This document shows positions 48,506-59,962 of a DNA stretch of 64,000 bases, piece after piece. The notes beneath the pieces were generated by a model, which had not been told where the DNA came from, did no database searches, and saw nothing but the letters and a program-made list of their open reading frames with translations. The position numbers and the translations under genes are program-made. Every line of letters begins with the position of its first letter. The first letter of the stretch is position 1. Source of the DNA: Candidatus Omnitrophota bacterium (GTDB lineage Bacteria; Omnitrophota; Omnitrophia; Omnitrophales; Aquincolibacteriaceae); assembly GCA_030698625.1 (NCBI GenBank), contig JAUYMS010000048.1, positions 154,404-218,403 on the forward strand, in the 5' to 3' direction.

Positions 48506-49605
48506 GTGTGATCCGCCGCGTACTCGTGGTCCAACCTTACGGCATCGGTGACCTGCTGTTTTTGACACCGGTCTTACGAGCTTTAAGGCTTTTGCCGGGC
48601 ATGGAAAAAGTCGATCTGCTGCTCGGCTCAAGGACCGAAGAGGTGGTGCGGCCTAACCCTCATGTCGACGAGATCTTCTGCGTAGACAAGGATCTTTATC
48701 ATAGGCGCGGTGCTGTTGAGAATTTAAAAGAAACGTGGCTGCTTGGCCGAAAGTTGCGCGCCAATCACTATGACCTGCTTTTAGATTATTCACTTCGCGG
48801 GGAATATGGTTTTTTTGGGCAATTTTTTCTGGGAATTCCCCGACGCGCCGGATTTCACTATAAGCGGCGCGGTTTTTTCCACACGCATCGATTAAAGATC
48901 AACGAAGGGTTTACCGGGCGTCATGTCGTGGATTTTTTCTGCGAGCTAGCTGAAAAGGCGGGCGTTCGCGTGGAGGATAGATTTCTGGAATTTTACATAG
49001 AGCCCGAAGACCGTGATCGCGCAGCTGATGCCGTTAAGACTGAATTCCCGAATGGGGAGTCACGCTTTCTCGTTGTGAGCCCGGGTGGGGGAGAGTCGTG
49101 GGGGGCGGATGCTCATTTTAAACGGTGGCCGACGGTTTTCTTCGCAGAATTGATCGTGATGCTTAAGGGTCGCATATCTTTTGACGGAGTTCTTGTGGTA
49201 GGGAGCCCTGCTGAAAAAGAGCTCACCGACCAACTCGTGGAATTGCTAACGGTTCCCGCAGTGAATCTCGCCGGTAAGGTTGATTTAAGAACCGCTGCCG
49301 CGCTCATTGATTCCTGTGAGCTTTTTCTGGGCAATGACGGCGGGCTATTGCATGTCGCACACGCGCGCCGTAAGCCCGTGATCGGCTTATACGGTCCGGT
49401 AGACCCTGTTGTCTACGGACCCTACCCTGCGTCGCCTGCGGCAGCAGCGGTTTTTAAGGAAGATCTTGAGTGCCGGCCGTGTTATAAGAGATTCCGCTAT
49501 AAGAGTGACTGCGAGCACCGAGAGTGTTTGCAGTCTCTCCGTCCAGGCGACGTCATGAAGCAACTCGAGAGAAGCCGCTTCTTGGCCGAAGTTGCAGGGG
49601 TGTGA
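48502..49605 (+). CDS. GT9 LPS heptosyltransferase paralog (GTG start)
   Basis: Has VLVVQPYGIGDLLFLTPVL and ...LGNDGGLLHVAHARRKPVIGLYGPVDP. Confidence 0.72.
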   Translation: MSVIRRVLVVQPYGIGDLLFLTPVLRALRLLPGMEKVDLLLGSRTEEVVRPNPHVDEIFCVDKDLYHRRGAVENLKETWLLGRKLRANHYDLLLDYSLRGEYGFFGQFFLGIPRRAGFHYKRRGFFHTHRLKINEGFTGRHVVDFFCELAEKAGVRVEDRFLEFYIEPEDRDRAADAVKTEFPNGESRFLVVSPGGGESWGADAHFKRWPTVFFAELIVMLKGRISFDGVLVVGSPAEKELTDQLVELLTVPAVNLAGKVDLRTAAALIDSCELFLGNDGGLLHVAHARRKPVIGLYGPVDPVVYGPYPASPAAAAVFKEDLECRPCYKRFRYKSDCEHRECLQSLRPGDVMKQLERSRFLAEVAGV

Positions 49606-49606
49606 T

Positions 49607-49954
49607 GTGAGCGTTGAAAGGCGTAAATTTAATCGTGTCCCCTTTGAAAAGCCCATTCGGGTAAAAGCGATTGGCGGTGCGCAGGGCTCACGATACGGTG
49701 ATGCTCTGGCCAGAGATATTTCCGAGGGCGGAATTCGCTTTTTCCATGATCATTTTATTGCGACAACCTCACGCGTGCTGCTTGAGATGACATTTCCGGA
49801 GGCTGACAAACCCGTGGTGGCTGTAGCTAAACCCGTTTGGGTTCGGGAGTTGTCAAATAGAAGCCAATTTGAAGTCGGTAATGCTTTTCTTGAGATTGCC
49901 GATGAAGATAAACAGGTCATTCGCAGCTTCGTGCAAAGAAAACGGATTCCGTGA
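49607..49954 (+). CDS. PilZ-domain (c-di-GMP-binding) protein
   Basis: The RRKFNR (RxxxR) and DISEGG (D-x-S-x-GG) motifs are in PilZ order. About 115 aa. Start is a GTG at 49607 or a TTG at 49592. Confidence 0.7.
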   Translation: MSVERRKFNRVPFEKPIRVKAIGGAQGSRYGDALARDISEGGIRFFHDHFIATTSRVLLEMTFPEADKPVVAVAKPVWVRELSNRSQFEVGNAFLEIADEDKQVIRSFVQRKRIP

Positions 49955-50772
49955 CGCGCACTCTTAAGATATTCGTTGCCCTGACGGGCATAATGTTTAT
50001 TGTTCTTGCCTATGCGGTGGCCAATTTCCCGCCCTCCGGTAAGATCCCGGTCCTTACCTATCATTTTATCGGAAGTGAACACGAAGCAGAAAAGCATAAG
50101 GATTACGTCAGCAAACGAAGCTTTTCTTGGCAAATGGCCTTCCTGGATTTTTTAAACTACCGCGTCATTTCTCTCGATGACCTTTATGCGATCAAGACAG
50201 CCAAGCGCAAACCCATGGGACGTGAGCTGGTCATCACCTTCGATAACGATGGCGGTAGTTTCGAGGAGACGGCCCTGCCCGTCCTGGAAAAATACACACA
50301 GCCCGTAGGCCTATTTGTTGTCAGTGAGAGTGTTAAGCGGGGGATTCACAACAACATGAGTCCGGAGACGTTGCGCGAATTGTATGACCGCGGTTGGATT
50401 ACGGTAGCCAGTCATAGTAAGACTCATCCGATCTTGGCCCGGATGACAGTCGAACAGATTGAGGAAGAACTTCACGGCTCTAAGGTAGACCTCGAGGCAC
50501 TCTTGGAACGACCCATTCGGTATTTGGCCTATCCGAACGGAGAACTGGACCAGCGTGTCATAGACATCGCAGCGAGCTCGGGATATCTGCTTTCATTTAC
50601 GGATTCTTACAAGGGGTTCAACGGTGACGTAGAAAGTCTTCATAATCTTCCGCGAGTCAGAATTACCCGCACAGCTGACAACCTATTTGTTTTCTGGGCA
50701 AAGGTTTCGGGAATTTACCAGTGGTTCAAGCGCTTGCGCTTTCAGCTCAAGGGAATACCTGCCAAAGTGTGA
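49951..50772 (+). CDS. Polysaccharide deacetylase (CE4 / NodB-homology) with N-terminal TM anchor
   Basis: The ITFDNDGG (TFDDG-like) and HSKTHP His motifs are typical of NodB-domain proteins. Residues 5-25 form a TM helix. Confidence 0.75.
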   Translation: MTRTLKIFVALTGIMFIVLAYAVANFPPSGKIPVLTYHFIGSEHEAEKHKDYVSKRSFSWQMAFLDFLNYRVISLDDLYAIKTAKRKPMGRELVITFDNDGGSFEETALPVLEKYTQPVGLFVVSESVKRGIHNNMSPETLRELYDRGWITVASHSKTHPILARMTVEQIEEELHGSKVDLEALLERPIRYLAYPNGELDQRVIDIAASSGYLLSFTDSYKGFNGDVESLHNLPRVRITRTADNLFVFWAKVSGIYQWFKRLRFQLKGIPAKV

Positions 50773-50958
50773 TTAGCCCCGCAAGTTATTTGTTTTCAAC
50801 GACTTGCGCTAATTTTCCCTCATTGACACCTTGAGACGAGGGTGCTAGTATATAAAGGTTTTTTACATCCCACGAAAATCGCCTAACACTCCTAGAATGA
50901 AGCGGTTACGTGCATTATTTAAATCAATTCGAACTAGGAAGTCAGGGGAAGACTGTTT

Positions 50959-52004
50959 TTGAAAGCCTTGCAAGGCAGGCAACTTAAAGAACTTATCGAT
51001 CTTTTCCGTGATGCTCGAGTTCTGGTTATCGGAGATTTTATCCTGGATCAGTTCGTATGGGGAAGCGTACGCAGGATATCGCCCGAGGCACCGGTGCCGG
51101 TCGTTAAGGTTGAAAGAGATTCTTTTATGCCGGGAGGCAGTCTCAACGTCGCTAATAATATTCGCACTCTCGGAGGAACCGTCTATCCCTGTGGTGTTGT
51201 GGGGCGTGATCTGGAAGGGAGAATGCTGGTTAAGGCCATGCGCCGCGAAGGCATTGAAACTGGCGGGGTGATCTACGATTCTGACCGTCGCACTTCTCTG
51301 AAGACGCGTATTATTGCTCACTCACAGCAGGTTGTTCGGTACGATCGCGAGAACACCGATGACATCTCCAAGCAGGCTTGCCGTGAAATTCTTGAGTTCG
51401 TCAAAAGAAAAATCGACGTCGTGGATGTCATTGTCATAGAAGATTACGGAAAGGGGGTTGTGCAGCCCCTGCTTTTAAAGGAAGTCACTGCACTGGCGAA
51501 GCGGTTTTGCAAGCCGGTGCTTGTCGACCCTAAAGAAAAGCATTTTTCTTATTACACGGGAGTGACGGCGATTACACCGAACCGGCTTGAGGCATACGGC
51601 GTGTTTGAAAACGGAAACGCAAAAAGGCGTGAGAGCAGTATTGAGCAGGTTGGGCGCAGTTTGGTGCGGAAGCTCAAATGCCAGGCCCTTCTGATTACAC
51701 TGGGAGAAGACGGCATGGCCCTTTTTGAGAAAAATGGACAGATTACGAAAATTCCGACGGCTGCACGCGAAATTTTCGACGTGTCAGGAGCCGGTGATAC
51801 AGTGATGGCGGCCTTCAGCCTTTGTCTGGCGGCGGGCGCCAGTATGCAGGAAGCTGCGCGCGTTGCCAATGTTGCAGCAGGCATCGTTGTGGGCAAATTG
51901 GGGACGGCGACCGTGTCGCCCTCCGAGCTCAGAGCCGCACTGAAGAACGAGAGCGGAACGAGTTCGAGCTCGCGCAAAAAAATTCGCAAGATACCGGTGG
52001 TGGC

Positions 52005-52008
<4 letters not shown>
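50959..52008 (+). CDS. hldA: D-glycero-beta-D-manno-heptose-7-phosphate kinase (HldE kinase domain / HldA, PfkB family); TTG start
   Basis: VLVIGDFILDQFVWGSVRRISPEAPVPVV is diagnostic for RfaE domain I. DVSGAGDTV is the PfkB anion-hole motif. No adenylyltransferase domain is attached. Confidence 0.8.
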
Positions 52009-54417
<2,409 letters not shown>

Positions 54418-54424
54418 GCTGATT

Positions 54425-55267
54425 ATGTCATTTCAGGCTGTTAATGTGGATTCCGTTGTTTTCGGGGATCCTAAGTCTTTTGTCTTAATCGCGGGGCCTT
54501 GTGTTATAGAAAGCGAAGAAAATGCAGTTCGCCACGCCGAAAAGATTTCGGAGATTGCGCGCGAACTCAAAGTGCCTTATGTTTTTAAAGCCAGCTACGA
54601 TAAGGCAAACCGGACCTCAGCGAAGTCATTTCGCGGCGTCGGTATGGACAAAGGGCTGAAGATCCTGACGCGCATCAAGAAGGAGTTTAAGCTCCCGATT
54701 CTCAGCGATGTTCACTGCCGTGAACAGATAGGCCCTGCCAGCGAAGTTCTCGACATCATACAGATTCCCGCGTTTCTCTGCCGCCAGACAGATATGCTCC
54801 TGGAAGCCGGCCGCAGCGGTTGTGCGGTCAGCGTCAAGAAAGGACAATTCCTTTCTCCTTGGGATGCCAAAAACATTATTGAGAAACTGGAATCATCGGG
54901 ATGTAAGAAAATTATGCTGGCAGAGCGCGGCGTGAGTTTTGGCTATCAAAACTTGGTGAACGATTTCCGTGCGATTCCGATAATGCGCAGTTTCGGGTAT
55001 CCGGTTATCTACGATGCGACGCATTCGGTACAGCTTCCTGGCGGACAGGGGACCGCCTCAGGCGGTACAGCGGAATTTATTCCTACTTTGGCGCGCTGCG
55101 GAATTGTCGCAGGTGCCGATGCCATTTTTATGGAAGTTCACGAAAATCCGTCTGAAGCCCTTTCGGACGGGCCGAATAATCTCGCTTTGTCAAAGTTGAA
55201 GGGACTTCTGGAGTCACTAGTCCGTTTGAAGAACGCCATGGCGGTTACCGAGGAGGCTCTGGTATGA
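54425..55267 (+). CDS. kdsA: 3-deoxy-8-phosphooctulonate (Kdo-8-P) synthase
   Basis: 280 aa DAHP-synthase-like TIM barrel with LIAGPCVIES and YKASYDKANRTS. Confidence 0.92.
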   Translation: MSFQAVNVDSVVFGDPKSFVLIAGPCVIESEENAVRHAEKISEIARELKVPYVFKASYDKANRTSAKSFRGVGMDKGLKILTRIKKEFKLPILSDVHCREQIGPASEVLDIIQIPAFLCRQTDMLLEAGRSGCAVSVKKGQFLSPWDAKNIIEKLESSGCKKIMLAERGVSFGYQNLVNDFRAIPIMRSFGYPVIYDATHSVQLPGGQGTASGGTAEFIPTLARCGIVAGADAIFMEVHENPSEALSDGPNNLALSKLKGLLESLVRLKNAMAVTEEALV

Positions 55268-56232
55268 CGAGTTCTGTCATCCGGACGGCACGCCGTATCC
55301 TTATGATTGAGGCGCAGGCTATTCAAAGGCTGCAGCGTCGTATCGGTAAATCGTTTTTGGAGGCGGTTGATCTCATGGCTTCTTGTGAGGGGCGGGTAAT
55401 TCTCACCGGAATGGGGAAGCCGGGTTTTATCGCGCGAAAAATCGCCGCGACTTTAGCATCCACCGGAACGCCCAGTCTCTTTTTGCATCCGGCCGAAGCA
55501 ATTCACGGCGATGTCGGCATGGTGAAGGCACAGGACGTGCTGATTGCAATTTCAAACAGCGGTCAAACTGAAGAGATCGTCAAATTGTTGTCACCGATTA
55601 AAAAGCTTGGTGTGCCGCTCATTGCGCTGACGAGTAACCGTAAGTCGCCGCTGGCATGCAATGCCGATGTGGTGCTGGACTTAGGCGTTGATCGCGAAGC
55701 TTGTCCTCTCAACCTCGCGCCGTCAGCTTCAACGACTGCAGCCTTGGCGATGGGGGATGCGCTGGCTTTGTCTTTGTTGCGCAAGAGGGGTTTTCGGACT
55801 GAAGATTTCGCAGAGCTGCACCCGGGCGGCAGTTTAGGGCGTCAGCTTCTCAAGGTTAGGGATGTTATGCGGCGGGGTAAAGCCAACCCGAAGGTCGATA
55901 ATACGACTTCGGTGCGCCGGGCGCTGTTCGCGATTACAAGGGCGCGCGCCGGAAGCTGTAGTGTGGTCGATAAGCGCGGCAAACTAATAGGGATTTTTAC
56001 CGACGGAGATTTACGCCGCCATTTACGTAGGGATGGCATTGATATCCTGAAGAAACCGGTCTGGGACGTCGCGACTAGAAAGCCGCTGAGGATCGGTGAA
56101 GATAAGCTTGCTGCCGAGGCCCTTCATATGTTGAAGACCAAGAAGGTTGACGAATTGCCTGTTGTCGACGCCAAGGGGCGTGCGGTAGGTCTTCTCGATG
56201 TTCAAGATTTATTAAAGGCAGGCTTTGTTTGA
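55264..56232 (+). CDS. kdsD: D-arabinose-5-phosphate isomerase (KpsF/GutQ family; SIS + tandem CBS domains)
   Basis: SIS domain (VILTGMGKPGFIARKIAATLASTGTPS), with two C-terminal CBS domains. Confidence 0.9.
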   Translation: MTSSVIRTARRILMIEAQAIQRLQRRIGKSFLEAVDLMASCEGRVILTGMGKPGFIARKIAATLASTGTPSLFLHPAEAIHGDVGMVKAQDVLIAISNSGQTEEIVKLLSPIKKLGVPLIALTSNRKSPLACNADVVLDLGVDREACPLNLAPSASTTAALAMGDALALSLLRKRGFRTEDFAELHPGGSLGRQLLKVRDVMRRGKANPKVDNTTSVRRALFAITRARAGSCSVVDKRGKLIGIFTDGDLRRHLRRDGIDILKKPVWDVATRKPLRIGEDKLAAEALHMLKTKKVDELPVVDAKGRAVGLLDVQDLLKAGFV

Positions 56233-56235
56233 TCT

Positions 56236-57174
56236 ATGGCTAAGAAAAAGCCATACCGATTTGTTTTGTATGCCCTTGTCCGTGCAGTTGCGGCGGTTAT
56301 CGGGCGGTTACCGCGGCGGTTTCTGCTGGCGCTTGCGGGGACTCTTGGGCAGTGGGGTTACTGGGGCATTAGCCGTCAAAGGGAGAGAACACTCCAGAAT
56401 CTGAGGCGAGCTTTTGGTGCGGAAAAGAGCGAAGCGGAGATTCGAACCCTTGCGAAGGGTGTCTTTGAAAATTTGGCGTTAACTATCGCGGAGATCATCC
56501 GGATTGGACGGCTTGATCCGCGGGAGTTGAAAGACTTTGTCGATGTGGGCGACGCCGAATCGGTTTACCGATCGGTTTTGAGCGAGGGGAAAGGACTTAT
56601 ATCCGTCACCGCACATATCGGCAATTGGGAGCTTTTGGCAGCGACATTTGGTTCGATGGGATTTCGCGGTGGTGTTCTTGCCCGCCGGATATATTACGAA
56701 CCCTACAACCGATGGATCGTGGGATTGCGGGCTCGCTTGGGTGTGCCGACGATTTACCGTGACCATGCTTCCAAGGAGATTCTTAGACGTCTTGGAAGCG
56801 GTGAGATTATCGGAATGTTGCCGGATCAAGACATTGCAAGTTTGAAGGGTGTCTTCGTGGATTTCTTTGGTATCCCGGCGTATACGCCGACTTCTCCGGT
56901 GAAATTGGCCCTGGCGAGCGGCGCCCCGATATTGACGAGCTTTTTAATCCGGGAGCCGGGCAACCGTTACCGGGTAATTGTCGGCGACATCATACGGCCT
57001 GACATTACGACGACACGCGAAGAAGCTGTCGCGCGTTTTACCGGGTATTGGATGGAAAGTTGCGAACGGATTATTCGCAGGTATCCCGAACAGTGGGCCT
57101 GGATGCATAACCGCTGGAAGACAAGGCCGCGTCGGTCGCGGACACGGGATTTTATTATGCAGGGCGCTTCTTAA
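56236..57174 (+). CDS. Lipid A biosynthesis late (lauroyl/myristoyl) acyltransferase, second LpxL/LpxM paralog
   Basis: The HIGNWE catalytic motif and the RYPEQWAWMHNRWK C-terminus match the LPLAT LpxL family. Confidence 0.8.
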   Translation: MAKKKPYRFVLYALVRAVAAVIGRLPRRFLLALAGTLGQWGYWGISRQRERTLQNLRRAFGAEKSEAEIRTLAKGVFENLALTIAEIIRIGRLDPRELKDFVDVGDAESVYRSVLSEGKGLISVTAHIGNWELLAATFGSMGFRGGVLARRIYYEPYNRWIVGLRARLGVPTIYRDHASKEILRRLGSGEIIGMLPDQDIASLKGVFVDFFGIPAYTPTSPVKLALASGAPILTSFLIREPGNRYRVIVGDIIRPDITTTREEAVARFTGYWMESCERIIRRYPEQWAWMHNRWKTRPRRSRTRDFIMQGAS

Positions 57175-57194
57175 ATGCGAAGGGATCAGTCTGA

Positions 57195-58079
57195 ATGATT
57201 CGTAAACTTATCGTGGCGTGTGTCGGATTTGTGGCGTTTTATATAGGCTTCGTGTGGCTGCAGGTTTTCGTCGCTAAAAAAGAGGCCGGTACCGTAAAGG
57301 TTGAGCAGAGTGTCGCCCGGGAGTCAACCCACAAAGTATTTCTCTTTCAATTCACCAAGTACACAACCGACGGAAAGAAGGAAATTGAGATTGAAGGAGA
57401 TTCTGCGGACATCTTCGCAAAAACCGTGGATTTGATGAATGTCGTAGCGAAAGCCTATGCGGAAGAGATGCCCGTCACGTTAACCTCTGACCGCGGAAAC
57501 TACGATAAGGGAGAGAACGTAGTCCATTTAACCGAAAACGTCGTGGTGACGACCGAGGACGGGGCGAGACTTTTGACCGAAAAGTTGGACATTGACCCGA
57601 CCGAGCACACTATGGAAACAGACGTTTCTGCCAAGGTGAAGAAGAACAATATTCACGTTGAGGGCATGGGCGCCCGCGGGGACTCTCAGCTTAAGAAAGT
57701 TAAATTTAAGAAAAATGTGACCGTTGTCGTCCAGGATGACAACCTCGAAGGTAATGAAACAACGGTAATTACTTGTGATGGGCCTCTGGTGATTGACTAT
57801 AAAAAGAATATCGCCCATTTTAAAGATAATGTGGTGGCCGAAGATTCCCGCGGCAAGCTTACGGCGGATACAATGGATGTTTACTACAACAAAGTGACGA
57901 GAAATGTTTCGAAAATCGTCGCGCTGGGAAATGTCATCATTGAAAATCCTGACGGCAACAAAACGTTCAGCGATAGTGCGATATACCTCGCCGATCAAGG
58001 CCGGATTATCCTTGGCGGAGATACCGAAGTTATCTACTTTGAAGGTGACGGGTCGGAAATAGGGGGAGAGGTTCTCTAA
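57195..58079 (+). CDS. lptC: Membrane-anchored periplasmic LPS-transport protein with two OstA-N-like beta-jellyroll repeats (LptC-like N-half + LptA-like C-half; candidate LptC/LptA fusion)
   Basis: N-terminal TM helix, then two segments that each show the alternating-hydrophobic LptC/LptA pattern (e.g. KLTADTMDVYYN...ALGNVIIEN...AIYLADQGRIILGG). It sits immediately upstream of lptB, and no separate lptA is present. Confidence 0.55.
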   Translation: MIRKLIVACVGFVAFYIGFVWLQVFVAKKEAGTVKVEQSVARESTHKVFLFQFTKYTTDGKKEIEIEGDSADIFAKTVDLMNVVAKAYAEEMPVTLTSDRGNYDKGENVVHLTENVVVTTEDGARLLTEKLDIDPTEHTMETDVSAKVKKNNIHVEGMGARGDSQLKKVKFKKNVTVVVQDDNLEGNETTVITCDGPLVIDYKKNIAHFKDNVVAEDSRGKLTADTMDVYYNKVTRNVSKIVALGNVIIENPDGNKTFSDSAIYLADQGRIILGGDTEVIYFEGDGSEIGGEVL

Positions 58080-58804
58080 TGTACTTGCTGGAGACCAAAA
58101 AACTCTCGAAGGCATACAAAGGGCGTAAGGTTGTGGACCATGTTTCGATCAATATTCAGCGCGGCGAGATCGTCGGTTTGCTGGGTCCGAACGGTGCCGG
58201 AAAGACGACGACGTTTTACATGGTTGTCGGAGTGATTCCGCCCGACACGGGAAAAATCGCATTTCGAGGAGAGGACATAACGGCGCGGCCCATGTATCAA
58301 CGGGCAAGGCTCGGTATGGGTTATCTGTCTCAGGAGCCGTCGGTCTTTAGAAAGCTTACGGTCGAAGAGAACATCATGGCGATCCTTGAGACGCTTGATA
58401 TCCCGCAGAGTGAGCGCAAGCGCCGCCTAGAACGGCTTCTCGACGAGTTGGATATCGCGTATCTTGCCAAGAATAAGGCCTATACGCTTTCAGGCGGGGA
58501 GAGGCGGCGTCTGGAGATTACCAGGGCATTGGTCACGAATCCGTCATTGATTCTACTCGATGAGCCGTTCAGCGGTGTCGACCCTATCGCAGTCTTTGAA
58601 GTGCAGAAAATTTTGCAGAAACTTAAAGATCAGGGGTTGAGCATTCTCCTGACGGATCATAGTGTCCGCGAAACGCTGGCGATCACTGACCGGTCGTATC
58701 TGCTCTATGAGGGGAAAATCGAGGTCTCCGGGACGTCTGAATTCTTAGCTTCGGACCGCAAAGCCCGAGAGTTGTATTTGGGTGAAAAATTTACATTGGC
58801 ATAA
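58079..58804 (+). CDS. lptB: LPS export ABC transporter ATP-binding protein
   Basis: 241 aa. Has Walker A GPNGAGKTT, the signature LSGGERRRLEI and a Walker B (LLDEPFSGVDP). Operon position matches. Confidence 0.92.
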   Translation: MYLLETKKLSKAYKGRKVVDHVSINIQRGEIVGLLGPNGAGKTTTFYMVVGVIPPDTGKIAFRGEDITARPMYQRARLGMGYLSQEPSVFRKLTVEENIMAILETLDIPQSERKRRLERLLDELDIAYLAKNKAYTLSGGERRRLEITRALVTNPSLILLDEPFSGVDPIAVFEVQKILQKLKDQGLSILLTDHSVRETLAITDRSYLLYEGKIEVSGTSEFLASDRKARELYLGEKFTLA

Positions 58805-58823
58805 GGCCGGAAGGGTTAACGCC

Positions 58824-59381
58824 GTGGACATAAGAGTATCAGGCAAGAATTTAAACATCACAGCAGGCATGAGGGAACACCTGACTGGGCGTATAGAAAA
58901 ATTCGAGAAGTACGCACCGCGGCTGGTGGAAGCGCATGTCATCTTGAAAAAGGAGAAGCACTTGTTTCAGGCTGAGGTCACATTACTAGCTAAAAACTTC
59001 AGGGCCTACGGTGAGGGCCAGGAGAAGGAGAATATCTATACCGCTATGGATTTAGCCTGTCAGCGAGTCCAGAAGCAGTTAAAAAAGTTTCGTGAGAAGG
59101 TCAAAAATCACCACAAGAAGAGCCACGGGGAAAGCGCCGTGCCGCCGAAAGTCAAGATAGCGAGCGATCTGATGGCGGAGGGCTCTACCGGTGATGAGAA
59201 GCCTGCCATCGTGAAGCTTCCCGCGCATGCGCCGAAACCCATGTCGGCTGAGGAAGCGAGTTTACAACTTCAAATCATCAAAGAGCGTTTCCTGGTTTTC
59301 CTCAATGCGGAGACAAATCGGGTAAATGTCTTAGTTAAGCGCAAGGACGGCAATCACGGCCTGGTCGAACCCGATTTTTAG
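58824..59381 (+). CDS. hpf: Ribosome hibernation promoting factor, long form (sigma-54 modulation protein/RaiA family with C-terminal dimerisation domain); GTG start chosen
   Basis: DIRVSGKNLNITAGMREHLTGRIEKF is an HPF/YfiA-type N-terminus. The C-terminal domain EEASLQLQIIKERFLVFLNAETNRVNVLVKRKDGNHGLVEP is the long-HPF dimerisation domain. Confidence 0.85.
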   Translation: MDIRVSGKNLNITAGMREHLTGRIEKFEKYAPRLVEAHVILKKEKHLFQAEVTLLAKNFRAYGEGQEKENIYTAMDLACQRVQKQLKKFREKVKNHHKKSHGESAVPPKVKIASDLMAEGSTGDEKPAIVKLPAHAPKPMSAEEASLQLQIIKERFLVFLNAETNRVNVLVKRKDGNHGLVEPDF

Positions 59382-59448
59382 TCCCAACTCAAAAACGCAA
59401 TTCCCAAAAATAGAATAGACAAGAATGATGTAAGGAGGCATCGAGAGC

Positions 59449-59913
59449 ATGAGAATAACTGAATTTCTTGACGAAAAGTCCATTAAATTGGACCTGGAAT
59501 CCACCGAGAAGGAAGATACCCTTAAGGAGTTGGTGGATGTTCTGGCTGAACAGAAAAACATCGGTGATCAAAAGGGCATTGTCGCTGCGCTTATTGAACG
59601 CGAAAGTCTGGGGTCCACTGGTATTGGTCAGGGCATCGCCATTCCACACGGGAAAACGGACAAGGTAAAAGACCTTGTGGCGGTTCTCGGCATAAGCCGC
59701 AAAGGGGTAAATTTCGAATCCCTTGACGGTGAGCTTGTTTACATCTTCTTCCTGTTGGTGGCGCCGAAGGAAAACGCAGGCCCCCACTTGAAGGCGCTCG
59801 CTCAAATATCGAGGCTTCTCAGGGATTCTTATTTCTGCGAGCTACTTAAGCGCTGCAAGAAGCCAGCGGAAGTCTTCGATCTTATTAAACGGGAAGAGGA
59901 CAAAAAGCATTAA
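59449..59913 (+). CDS. ptsN: Nitrogen-regulatory PTS IIA protein (EIIA-Ntr)
   Basis: PTS_EIIA_2 fold with the active-site His in GIAIPHGK. 154 aa. Confidence 0.88.
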   Translation: MRITEFLDEKSIKLDLESTEKEDTLKELVDVLAEQKNIGDQKGIVAALIERESLGSTGIGQGIAIPHGKTDKVKDLVAVLGISRKGVNFESLDGELVYIFFLLVAPKENAGPHLKALAQISRLLRDSYFCELLKRCKKPAEVFDLIKREEDKKH

Positions 59914-59962
59914 CTTTGCCGGCAGTTGTGTCTCGAAGACTTAGACATAGGAGTGGACTTTC

